NCBI RefSeq assembly: GCF_006345805.1 | Contig: NC_043004.1 | Span: 70,742,001 to 70,806,000 of the forward strand | DNA length: 64,000 nt | Reading direction: 5' to 3' | Origin: Octopus sinensis | Lineage: Eukaryota | In this document: positions 47,616 to 60,192 of the stretch, one piece after another | Position numbering within the stretch: the stretch's first letter is position 1 | How the letters are laid out: every line of letters begins with the position of its first letter | Program-made: the position numbers and the translations under genes | The notes under the pieces: generated by a model | What the model was told of the DNA's origin: nothing | What the model saw: only the letters and a program-made list of their open reading frames with translations | Databases searched by the model: none

Positions 47616-50576
47616 GTACACAGAAAAATACAAGGAGAGAAAAAAAATGGACCGAAAAAAAAAGATGAGAGAAAAAAAAAGGAGCTGTAAATGTATGTAT
47701 CTATATACAGCTCTGGTCAAGCTGTCCAACCCATGCTAGCATGAAAAGTGAACATTAAAAGATGGTAATGATGATGATGATCATGATCATCATCATTTAA
47801 CATCTGTTGTCCATGCTGGCATGGGTTGGACATTTTGACCAGGGCTAGCTGGCTGGAAGGTTGAACCAGACTCTTGTCTAATCTGGCATGGTTTCTACAG
47901 CTGGATGCCCTTCCTAACACCACCCACTCCAAGAGTGTTTATATGCCATGACTACAGTTTCACTTGGCTTGATGGGTTTTCTCAAGCATGGTGTACTGCC
48001 AAAGGTCTTGATCATCTGTCATTGCCTCCGTGAGGCCTAACACTCAAAAGATGCTTTTTACGTGTCACAGGCATTGGATACCTTGCCTCCATGAGGCCCA
48101 ATGTTTGAAAGGTGCCAGTTATGTGACACTAGATCAGCCACAACTATGATTTCCCTTGGCTTGATGGCGATATAAGGGAGTAGCAGCACACCTTGGTCTT
48201 CTAAATTTTCAATCTGTAATTTCAATACCAGGTGAAATGCTTACGGAACTTCATCTCAGTTCAAATTCTGCTGAGGTTGACTTTGCCTTTCATACTTTCG
48301 GGGTTAATAATTTAAGTACCAGTTGAGCACTAGGGTCAATGTAATCAACTTGTCCCCTACCCCCAAATTTCAGGCCTTGTGCTGATAGTAGAAAGTATTA
48401 TTTCTTATTTCTTTACTGCCCACAAGGGGCTACACACAGAGAGGACAAACAAGGACAGACAAACAGATTAAGTCAATTATATCGACCCCAGTGCATAACT
48501 GGTACTTATTTAATCAACCCCGAAAGGATGAAAGGCAAAGGTGACCTCGGTGGAATTTGAACTCAGAACATAGCGGCAGACAAAATACCTATGTTTTTTA
48601 CTACCCACAAGGGGTTAAACACAGAGAGGACAAACAAGGACAGACAAACGGTTTAAGTTGATTATATTTACCCTGTGCATAACTGGTACTTATTTAATCG
48701 ACCCCGAAAGGATGAAAGGCAAAGTCGACCATGGCAGAATTTGAACTCAGAACGTAGCAACAGATGAAATGCCACTAAGCATTTTGCCTGGTGTGCAAAC
48801 ATTTCTACCAGCTCGCCACCTTTGAAAGGATTATTTCTATTTTCCATTTTGCTCAAAGCAAGAAATATATAGAGGCAGTGCAACAAGTAAATTGGCCAAA
48901 GATGAATACATGATATTTCTCAGTAAGATGAATATAAAAACTAATAATAGCACATAGTGTAATATAGTGTAAATAGAATAATTAATAGCAGAATGAGTGT
49001 ATATGCAAATAAATAGAGTGTATTAAGCATATATTGATGGTACACAGCATATTACATAAATTGATGAAATTTACCAATGAGAAAAAGGAGAAAATTGATA
49101 TGATCATCAGAGAACAATAACCATAAGAACATAAAGACATTAATTGAGTATTCATTATGAGATAAAGAAGACATCAGAATGAACTTTTGAGTGTTGGGCC
49201 TCATGGATGTGAGGTGGCTGAGTTCCTTTCAAGCAATGGATGTCATGGAGACAGTGACCGAGACCTTTGGCATTATGTCGTGCTTGAGATGAAGACCCAT
49301 CAAGCCAAGCAAAATCACAGTCATGGCAGATATCGGTGTCACTCAAATGGCACCCATACCGGTGGCACGTAAAAGCACAGCACCCATTACAATCTCGGAG
49401 TGGTTGGCGTTAAGAAGGGCATCCAGCTGTAGAAAACCACGCCAAATCAGACTGGAGCCTGGCCTTTTTTCCAGCATGCCACTGGGTTCTTTCTATGTGG
49501 TAGCAGCAGTGATGGAGCTGGATAGGGATTTAAGAAGAAGGAGTAGAAGATAGGATGGAGAGAAAAGAAGAGCAACAAATAAAGAGAAAGGCAGATATTG
49601 GAGAGTTTGATTTTTTTAAAAATAGAGAAGTTATTGAAGTTGAGAGTGAGAGAAAGAGAGAGATTGAGAACGAAATAGAAAAATTTGAAAACAAAGAGAG
49701 AGGTATGTGAAGAAAAGTAAGAGGGAGAGAGAGAGAGAGAGAGGGATTCAAGGAGGAGAAAAGAAGACTAGGCACTAAACTAGAGAGAAAGTAAGAGATA
49801 AGACAGAGATAGGGAATTGAAAAAGTGTATGAGAAGGAGAGAAGAAATTCCGCCGAGGTCGACTTTGCCTTTCATCCTTTCGGGGTCGATTAATTAAGTA
49901 CCAGTTACGCACTGGGGTCGGTGTAATCGACTTAATCCGTGTGCCTGTCCTTGTTTGTCCTCTGTGTATTTAGCCCCTTGTGGGCAATAAAGAAATAAGA
50001 TGATGATGATGATGATGATGATGATAATAACAACAACGATATTCTCTAGACTATTTTTGGTTTTGAAAAACCGATTGACAACATGGTTGTGTAGCTGTGC
50101 GGCTGATAAATTCAAATCTAAATGTAGCAAGTCCATTAGCACAGATTTCTTTGAAGACAATGAATAAATTTAGCAAACTCATTAATAGCAAACTTCCCAG
50201 AAACATTCCTAAAAAAATCCATTCCTGCAAAACACATTACTCTCAGTTCTGTCAAAGACATTTCTCCCTTCAACATTCAGCAAAATCCTCTCCGTAAGCT
50301 ATTATTCAAATAACAGATATTTTTATTCTCTTCTCTTTCAACGGCAACTGTTTTCTCTTTCTCTCCTATGGAAGGTCTATTATCTAAAAATGTTTGAAAC
50401 ATTGATTTAAAATTTTGCCACAAGGCCAGCAATTTTGGGGGAAGGGGTGAGTTGATTACACTGACCCCAATGTATGACTGGTGCTTATTTTATCATCCAT
50501 GAAAGAATGAAAGGCAAAGTTGATCTTGGCAGAATTTGAACTCAGAATATAAAGATATACACACAAACATATACAC

Positions 50577-50616
<40 letters not shown>

Positions 50617-50802
50617 TCTTTTACTCTTTTACTTGTTTCAGTCATTTGACTGCGGCCATGCTGGAGCACCGCCTTTAATCGAGCAACTCGACCCCGGGAC
50701 TTATTCTATCGGTCTCTTTTGCCGAACCTCTAAGTAACGGGGACATAAACACACCAGCATCGGTTGTCAAGCAATGCTAGGGGGACAAACACAGACACAC
50801 AA

Positions 50803-50845
<43 letters not shown>

Positions 50846-51503
50846 TACGACGGACTTCTTTCAGTTTCCGTCTACCAAATCCACTCAAAAGGCTTTGGTC
50901 GGCCCGAGGTTATAGAAGAAGACACTTGCCCAAGATGCCACGCAGTGGGACTGAACCCGGAACCATGTGGTTGGTAAACAAGCTACTTACCACACAGTCA
51001 CTCCTGCACCTATATATATATATATCATTATCATCATCATCACCTATATATAAATCATCATCATCATCATCGTTTAGCGTCCACTTATACAACGGGCTTC
51101 TTTCAGTTTCTGTCTACCAAATCCACTCATAAAAGGCTTTGGTCGGCCTGAAGCTATTGTAGAAGACACTTGCCCAAGGTGCCACACAGTGGGAATGTAC
51201 CCGGAACCATGTGGTTGGTAAGCAAGCTACTTACCACACAGCTGCTCCTGTTGTTGAAATTTAAAACCAAAAATCATCTTAGACAACACTGCTAAGACTC
51301 TTGCCTACGAAACCAAGTTGTTCAGAAAGAAGCAGGCAGGAGCAAAAACTCTTGCTTTGCTATGATGCTGGTGTTATTTCAGAATTTTCTTTTCCTAGAG
51401 AGATTTATAAACAAAGACTAGGGTTAGTTTTAGGGATATTTCACTCCAATGAAAGAACTGATGAACTCAATAGAGTCAATGGACATTCAACATACATATA
51501 TCA

Positions 51504-51638
51504 TACATTATTTACATTATTTACATTCAATGGATATTTGTTGTTAACACAACATTTCGGCTGATATACCCTCCAGCCTTCTTCAGGTGTCCTGGGGAAA
51601 TTTCGAACCTGGGTTCTCATTCCGAAGGTATTTTTCGA

Positions 51639-51702
<64 letters not shown>

Positions 51703-52069
51703 TGGCGTTAGGAAGGGCATCCAGCTGTAGAAACTCTGCCAGATCAAGATTGGAGCCTGGTGCAGCCATCTGCCCCACCAGCCCTCAGTCAAAATCATCC
51801 AACTCATGCTAGCATGGAAAGCGGACGTTAAACGATGATTCTTCTTCTTCTTCATCTTCTTCTTCTTCTTCTTCTTATTATTATTATTATTAATATTATT
51901 ATTATTGTTCAGGTCACTGCTTGGAATCGAACTCAGAATCTTGGGGTTAGTAGCCCGCACTCTTAACCACTATGCCCATGGGCATATGGCGTAGTGGTTA
52001 AGAGCGCAGGCTACTAACCCCAAGATTCCGAGTTCGCTTCCAAGCAGTGACCTGAACAATAATAATAAT

Positions 52070-52105
<36 letters not shown>

Positions 52106-52295
52106 TATAATAACATTGAAAAGTAACTTAGGAATGAGAACCCAGGTTCGAAATTTCCCCAAGACACCCGAAGAAGGCTGGAGGGTATATCAGCCAAAAC
52201 GTTGTATTAACAACAAACAAGATGAGGACAAATATCTGTCGAATGTAAATAATGTAAATAATGTACATAATTCCTCATCTCTTAAATATAGAACT
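51504..52295. mobile_element. Inverted dimer of a ~300-nt tRNA-headed element with a hammerhead-like core; left arm interrupted by an RTE 3' fragment
   Basis: Arms are reverse complements around the palindrome tatgcccatgggcata (51971-51986). Confidence 0.8.
51546..51591 (-). ncRNA. Minimal type I hammerhead ribozyme motif (Penelope pLTR-type)
   Basis: GACAC-CUGAAGA-A-GGCUG[gagggUaUaU]CAGCC-GAAA-ug-U-U-GUGUU: stem I, conserved core, stem II, 1-bp stem III. Confidence 0.65.
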
Positions 52296-52789
52296 GTAAT
52301 ACATATATCATGTTTCTCTGTTGGAGCAATGTGGACCATCTAGTCATCTGTGACTGATGACTTTGTTTAAAGTGAAGTGTTGTGTACAGTCAACCTCACT
52401 CTCTCATCCATGACCATCTTCAGTCAACTGGTAAGATCAGGTTAAGATGACTAAGGCTGGAGACGGATGCAGTGGATGATCAAGATGTCTTCCTTGCCTC
52501 ATCTTGTTCTCTGCAATCCACAATGTACTGTTGCAGCTGCCTTTCCTGCTGTTGAACCATTAAGGTTTCTTCTACAGAATCTGCCAGATCCAGTCCTCGC
52601 ATGCATGGGTAGGCTTGCCCTATCATACTTACTGACCCATAGCTGGGATGCTGACAGGTGCTAGTACTCAGGGTCAGTGGCAACCTGAACAATAGTGGCT
52701 AAGAAGTGGTTCCATGCTTCTCAAAACCCTGGAACATCCAAACCAGGGACCCATAACTGTGTGCAGTTTAAAGCCATGCCTGGGACATA

Positions 52790-53707
52790 TACGAGGGGGT
52801 GCTGCAAAGTTCCTGGCTTTAAGGGTATCATGAAAGGCCTGGTTGGGGTTCCAACCTTCCGAGTTTTTTTATAGGGCTTAGGAAAAACTGAAGAACGACT
52901 AAAATACCATAGTTTTGCAGGACAATAAGTTGTGGGTAGCGATTTTTTCACTACTTCAGGGGGTGATGACCCTGCCTGATGGCCCCGGCTGACAGTACCT
53001 GGTATAGGCCCCTATCCAGGGTTACAGAAAGGAGACAACCTTCGAAGAAATCCTGAGTGGAGTCCCAGAGGTGGTTTAGTGTTCGACTCGATATTCTTCC
53101 GGCAGCTCCTACACCAAGCTGGTGCCAAATGTAATGCTCTGGACTCCTTTGGACTATGTCAGCAAGGTCAAGAGAGAAATCCTGATGATTGGGCTACCCA
53201 GGATTTTCTTACATCTAGCCCAGGCCTGTGCAAAACTGGAGAGGATACTTCAGTGCTGCTGTAAAAAATGGCAGACATGAGGTGTAAAAACCAGACTGGA
53301 TTATTTTATGTGCAACTCCATTGTCTCACGAGACAAAAGGATGCCAACAACAACAACAATACCAGCACACACAGCACATGAAACTCTAAAGCTTTGGCTT
53401 TGAGTTGTCGATCATCCACCTTATTTTCTTGACTTTCCCTGCCACTCTGACTATCACCTCTTTTCATAACTGAAGAAACATCTCAAGGGAACGAAATTTC
53501 ACTCTGATTTGGAAGTGATCGCTGCTACAGAGGCCTGGTTGGAGGCCTAAGATTCCGAGTTCTTTTTACCAGGCTTAGAAAAAAACTGAAGGTCTGCTGC
53601 AATAAGTGTGTGAATCTTAGAGGAGAATATGTTGAATAAAATCATAATTAACTGATCCTCCTGTATTTTCTTTTGCCCAAAACCAAGAACTTTTCAGCGT
53701 CCTCTTA
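52790..53707 (+). mobile_element. Internally deleted mariner carrying an unrelated insert
   Basis: TA-flanked TIRs (cgagggggtgctgcaaagttcctgg / aagaacttttcagcgtcctct); C-terminal EVIAATEAWL...NKCVNLRGEYVE near 53510-53640. Confidence 0.75.
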
Positions 53708-54262
53708 TACATATATACATACAGTTGATTTTGCTTAATTGCATACCCTTAGTGACTGAAATTCTTATCCACATAGCCATGCTATGTGGATAACAAAGTC
53801 AAAATCATTTTACATCTATGGTTTCAAGTTGGATCCCATTCTGTAGCACTTTGGGCAGACATTTACTATAACCCTAAGTCGGTCCAACTCTTCAGAATGA
53901 AATTTGGTAAACTGAAAGAATGTTCGAACTGAACAGAAGAACTGTTCTTGAGGGTCAGACATAATGTGTCACCTATTTTAATACCACAATGTTACAGTTG
54001 CATGCTTTTAGCATACTTCATCCTGTACAACATGAGTGTGTGTTTATAGATTTAAACATTATAAAACCTCACCTTGGCTGAAATAAGAATGTATGCATAT
54101 TCCTTCTATGCTATTAACAAGCTATATAGGCCTGAAAGAGCTCTTCTTTCTCATATTGATAATATTAGCTCAACAGCTCATTCACCATTTCTTCCTGGAA
54201 AATGCAACTGCATTTCAAAGCATATGTGGAAATTGAGAGACCATTTTATAGTTTGTTGATGG

Positions 54263-54648
54263 AATGGAAGCACTCCATTGGTTACGACGACGAGGGTTCC
54301 TGTTGATCCGATCAATGGAACAGCCTGCTCGTGAAATTAACGTGTAAGTGGCTGAGCACTCCACAGACACGTGTACCCTTAACGTAGTTCTTGGGGATAT
54401 TCAGCGTGACACAGAGAGTGACAAGGCCGGCCCCTTGAAATACAGGTACAACAGAAACAGGAAGTAAGAGTGAGAGAAAGTTGTGGTGAAAGAGTACAGC
54501 AGGGATCACCACCATCCCCTGCCGGAGCCTCATGGAGCTTTTAGGTGTTTTCGCTCAATAAACACTCACAACGCCCGGTCTGGGAATCGAAACCGCGATC
54601 CTACGACCGCAAGTCCACTGCCCTAACCACTGGGCCATTGCACCTCCA
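54263..54648 (-). mobile_element. tRNA-derived SINE family C (fragments also at 9140-9360, 11245-11450, 27205-27505)
   Basis: Minus-strand head ggaggtgcaatggcccagtggttagggcag...ggtttcgattccc with A/B boxes; shared body. Confidence 0.8.
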
Positions 54649-54789
54649 GAAGTTTGTTGATAGCTCCTCAGAAGAAACATACTTGGTTTCCTTTCCTAAT
54701 CATTAGTGTAGGTCATCTGTCTTAAATTAGGACTGCACCATGATGGATTGCTTAATTTGCATATTTTGTGCTTCTGACGGCTCGCCTTT

Positions 54790-54945
54790 GATTAACCCAT
54801 GTTATTTCACCTCAATTGGACCCGCTCTCTTCAACATTACACCAGGACACGTCAAAACAGAAACTGACCACACAAAATTCAAGAAGTCTTTGGACAAATT
54901 CCTTCAAACAGTCCTGGACAAACCACCCACACCCGGATATGTCTC
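54790..54945 (+). mobile_element. CR1-like LINE ORF2 C-terminal fragment
   Basis: YFTSIGPALFNITP...FKKSLDKFLQTVLDKPPTPGY resembles the recalled GPxLFNxLP...FKxxLDxFL..PGY tail of invertebrate CR1-group LINEs. Confidence 0.55.
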
Positions 54946-55556
54946 CGCAAAGATAAAAACTGGACAAATTTAAATAGTGTAATGCATTTTTTCTTTGTTG
55001 TTGTTGTACAGAGAAATCAGAAAGATAGTTCTCCTGAAAGACTATTTCACAATTTGTTGAGCACTCCTTAGAGAAGATATACCCAGCTTACTTCCCGATC
55101 ACAGTGCAAGGTTAAGTTATAATTGCTTTAAATAAAGAGCTAATCTATGATAGTCATGACTGGGGAAGGAAGCCAGGTTCATCTCTGAAGAGCAGCAACA
55201 AACCCTGAGATGGTCCATCAAGAGACTCCCTCTTTTACCTACATATTATTAGTATAGAAAGAATATACTGACATTCTTATTTCACCCACAGTGAGTCTCT
55301 GTAATGTTTAAATATATGAACACAAACACACACACACACACACACATGCATGCACATTTCTATATATGTTTTTTTCTTTTCAATTTAATTCAGTTCTATT
55401 TCTGTCGAATTAAATGATGAAATTATAGTTAAAGAGTTTTATTGAATTTTATTTACTTATCACTTCCTCCCATCTAATGTTGAGTAATGTTAAAAATTAA
55501 ATACTGCTGTCCATTTGTCCAATGAACAATTAAAAACACACACACATGCGTGCGTG

Positions 55557-55581
<25 letters not shown>

Positions 55582-55587
<6 letters not shown>

Positions 55588-55900
55588 GGTGTCCCGAAAT
55601 TAAGGCAACCGAAGTTTCAGGCTTTAATAACTATTAATAAATGTGATAAGATGTGAAAATTATACATTATTATAAAAGCTTAGTGTGTCTTCTTTTTGTT
55701 TCAGACTAAATAAATTCAGATTTATAAATTAGATAATGGCTATAGGCTGAAATACAATCATAACCCCCAACAAAGGAGGCAAAAGTAATACAGCTATAGC
55801 AAAACAGTTTAAAATTAATTGAACAACAGTTTGGAAAATTGTCAAGAAATTTCAAGAGACTGGTTCCACCACTGAGTGACCTGGAAGTGGTTGCTGAAAA
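55582..55900 (+). mobile_element. Tc1-like transposon 5' fragment
   Basis: cagagggtgtcccgaaattaagg terminus; decayed HTH translation TTVWKIVKKFQETGSTT..PGSG. Confidence 0.65.
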
Positions 55901-56318
55901 AAGTGTGCAGACCCTTCAGTTTATCAAAAAAAAAAACAGAGAAAAGATACTGCAAAATTCTCATCATGCTTTCAGAAAACTGGCTGCTGCAACAAAAGTA
56001 AACCAAACATTGATGTATTGAGGACTGAAGAAGGATCACAGGACCCCCACCCCCACCCACCCTACAAGATGTTCTGCTGTCGTGAGCTCATGCAAGTTTA
56101 TATGGCCACGAGACTGGAGAGAAGTCCTTAGTGGTATTCTGTCCCATCATGCCTCACAAATATTATGGTCTCCATTTCTACCTTACACTGGAGTGTACCT
56201 GTCTACATCTGAACTATTACAAACTTTTCCCATTCCATTCCAGGTCTTTCCTGACATCCTGTTTATATATATATATATGTATGTATGTATGCATGTATAC
56301 ACACACACACACACATTG

Positions 56319-56356
<38 letters not shown>

Positions 56357-56458
56357 GATGCTCTTCTTTCAGTTTCTGTCTACCAAATCCACTCACAAAG
56401 CAGTGGAATTGAACCTGGAGCCATGTGGTTGGCAAGCAAGCTACTTACCACACAGCCA

Positions 56459-56524
<66 letters not shown>

Positions 56525-56741
56525 ATTTATGATAAAAGGCAGATTTATTACATTTACTTGATACTATATATATACACATATATATTTCTGTGCACCTCCT
56601 CAAATAAATATAACAACTACATGTGTAACTGGAATAAGATGTGCTTCAATAAGACACTGCTTGGATTTTGACCCTTCCTACATAATAGTTATATTCCTGT
56701 GCATGTATATTTATATTTATGTCTATTTATATTTATATTTA

Positions 56742-56772
<31 letters not shown>

Positions 56773-58430
56773 GGTACCTGTGGAGTATCTCCTCTCATTA
56801 TAATTACTTGTGTAGCTTCAAGGACCTGGAACAGATCACCAATATGTAACGTCTGTGCGAAGCGAGGTGATGAGAATGGCTCCTTTGTTCATCACATGGT
56901 CGATACAATAAATATAGATAGAATAATGCATAAAAGTGCCAGAGGGAAAAAAAGAGACACAACCGGGAAGAATGTTTAAGAGAAGATTTATTGATATGTT
57001 AACATGTGTGGTTGTGTGTATGTCATATAATAGACAGAATAATAGACAGGCTGTCATAAGAACAAGATGTATGCGTGTGCATATAGACATAAACGTAAGC
57101 ATGTTAAGACCATATAAGGATCGCGATGAAGAAAAGACAGCGAAAGAGTCTATAGCCATCGAAGTGAGGAGTAAGTTCATAGACACAAGAAAGATGAATA
57201 ATAATACCACTTTGTAGTCAATTGTACATGATAGTTGAAATACTGTATCAAGAAGTTGTGGTGATGATGTAGAGCCGGTTATGGTACGTATTGTACATAA
57301 GGTTGTGACTGCTGCCTAGGTCACTTGGTACAGGAGTTCTCTCAGATTGTATATTCACTGTTGATCCATGGTGGAGTAATTCACGAACAGTGCAGTGTTG
57401 TAACCAGTGCAAGTATGTAGAGAGATGTTGACATTGGGACGAATGGTGGCAATGGAGATGGAGGTCGCCGAATGCTGTTGGACGAAGTTGGTGAGTCTCT
57501 ACGTGGCTGCTGCTGTGTTGTGACTGGAACCGGCAGTGTCTTGTGTGGTCAGTGGCTAGACCTTAAAAGGTCTGATACCGAAAGACCTCGAAATGAGAAG
57601 CTGGAGTTTTATAAGAAGTTGTAGACTCAATGCTGGGTAGAAAACAGGCTGTCACATGTAACCTTATTTAAAGGCTGTGATTGGTTGGGATGCATATAGG
57701 CACGTGATAGAGCAAGAGACAAATTGCGCCAATACCAACCAATCAGAGTAGTGGACACAATAGGGTCCAAAATGCAGCCAAAGGCTAGCTGTTATCTCCT
57801 ACGTTTGTATGTATATACAATATAGAGGAGAGGAATTTCACTCGAGTGTACACTTACACATGCTTCCAGACCACATGGCTCTGGGTTCAGTCCCACTGCA
57901 TGGTACCTTGGGCAAGTGTTTTCTACTATAGCCTTGGGCCGACCAAAGCCTTGTGAGTAAAATTTGGTTGACAGAAACTGAAAGAAAGAAGCCTGTCAGA
58001 TATACATATATGCATGTATTTGTTTGTCTGTGTTTGTCCCCCTACCATTGCTTGTCAACCGATGCTGGTGTGTTTATGTCCCTGTAATGTAGTGGTTCGG
58101 CAAAAGAGACCAATAGAATAAATACTAGGCTTACAAAGAATAAGTCCTGGTGTCAGTTTCGTTGACTAGAGGTGGTGTTCCAGCATGGCTATCGTCAAAT
58201 GACTGAAATAAGTAAAAGAAATAAAGAAATAATATATACTCTTTTACTTGTTTCAGTTATGTGACTGCAGCCATGCTGGAGCACCGCCTTTAGTCGAGCA
58301 AATCGACCCTGCACTTATTCTTTGTAAGCCTAGTACTTATTCTATCGGTCTCTTTTGCCGAACCGCTAAGTTACGGGGACATAAACACACCAGCATCGGT
58401 TGTCAAGCAATGTTGGGGGGACAAACACAA

Positions 58431-58485
<55 letters not shown>

Positions 58486-60139
58486 ATGGTACCTGTGGAG
58501 TATCTCCTCTCATTATAATTACTTGTGTAGCTTCAAGGACCTGGAACAGATCACCAATATGTAACGTCTGTGCGAAGCGAGGTGATGAGAATGGCTCCTT
58601 TGTTCATCACATGGTCGATACAATAAATATAGATAGAATAATGCATAAAAGTGCCAGAGGGAAAAAAGAGACACAACCGGGAAGAATGTTTAAGAGAAGA
58701 TTTATTGATATGTTAACATGTGTGGTTGTGTGTATGTCATATAATAGACAGAATAATAGACAGGCTGTCATAAGAACAAGATGTATGCGTGTGCATATAG
58801 ACATAGACGTAAGCATGTTAAGACCATATAAGGATCGCGATGAAGAAAAGACAGCGAAAGAGTCTATAGCCATCGAAGTGAGGAGTAAGTTCATAGACAC
58901 AAGAAAGATGAATAATAATACCACTTTGTAGTCAATTGTACATGATAGTTGAAATACTGTATCAAGAAGTTGTGGTGATGATGTAGAGCCGGTTATGGTA
59001 CGTATTGTACATGAGGTTGTGACTGCTGCCTAGGTCACTTGGTACAGGAGTTCTCTCAGATTGTATATTCACTGTTGATCCATGGTGGAGTAATTCACGA
59101 ACAGTGCAGTGTTGTAACCAGTGCAAGTATGTAGAGAGATGTTGACATTGGGACGAATGGTGGCAATGGAGATGGAGGTCGCCGAATGCTGTTGGACGAA
59201 GTTGGTGAGTCTCTACGTGGCTGCTGCTGTGTTGTGACTGGAACTGGCAGTGTCTTGTATGGTCAGTGGCTAGACCTTAAAAGGTCTGATACCGAAAGAC
59301 CTCGAAACGAGAAGCTGGAGTTTTACAAGAAGTTGTAGACTCAATGCTGGGTAGAAAACAGGCTGTCACATGTAACCTTATTTAAAGGCTGTGATTGGTT
59401 GGGATGCATATAGGCGTGTGACAGCAAGAGACAAATTGTGCCAATACCAACCAATCAGAGTAGTGGACACAACAGGGTCCAAAATGCAGCCAAAGGCTAG
59501 CTGTTATCTCCTACGTTTGTATGTATATACAATATAGAGGAGAGGAATTTCACTCGAGTGTACACTTACACATGCTTCCAGACCACATGGCTCTGGGTTC
59601 AGTCCCACTGCATGGTACCTTGGGCAAGTGTTTTCTACTATAGCCTTGGGCCGACCAAAGCCTTGTGAGTAAAATTTGGTTGACAGAAACTGAAAGAAGA
59701 AGCCTGTCAGATATACATATATGCATGTATTTGTTTGTCTGTGTTTGTCCCCCTACCATTGCTTGTCAACCGATGCTGGTGTGTTTATGTCCCTGTAATG
59801 TAGTGGTTCGGCAAAAGAACCAATAGAATAAATACTAGGCTTACAAAGAATAAGTCCTGGTGTCAGTTTCGTTGACTAGAGGGGTGTTCCAGCATGGCTA
59901 TCGTCAAATGACTGAAATAAGTAAAAGAAATAAAGAAATAATATATACTCTTTTACTTGTTTCAGTTATGTGACTGCAGCCATGCTGGAGCACTGCCTTT
60001 AGTCGAGCAAATCGACCCTGGACTTATTCTTTGTAAGCCTAGTACTTTTTCTATCGGTCTCTTCTGCCGAACCGCTAAGTTACGGGGACATAAACACACC
60101 AGCATCGGTTGTCAAGCAATGTTGGGGGGACAAACACAA

Positions 60140-60176
<37 letters not shown>

Positions 60177-60192
60177 ATATATATATATATAT
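56773..60192. repeat. Direct tandem duplication, period ~1715 bp (56773-58487 and 58488-60192)
   Basis: ggtacctgtggagtatctcc starts at both 56773 and 58488; about 20 differences counted by eye; junctions lie in (TA)n. Confidence 0.95.

Noticed and set aside
51987-52045. tRNA-Ser(ACT)-like gene
   Set aside because: No acceptor stem; it is the head of a repeated element, not a functional tRNA.
58248-58931. 227-aa ORF (and 56936-57217) considered as a GIY-YIG or novel gene
   Set aside because: Starts in a SINE and crosses (TA)n; no GIY/YIG or other motif could be supported.
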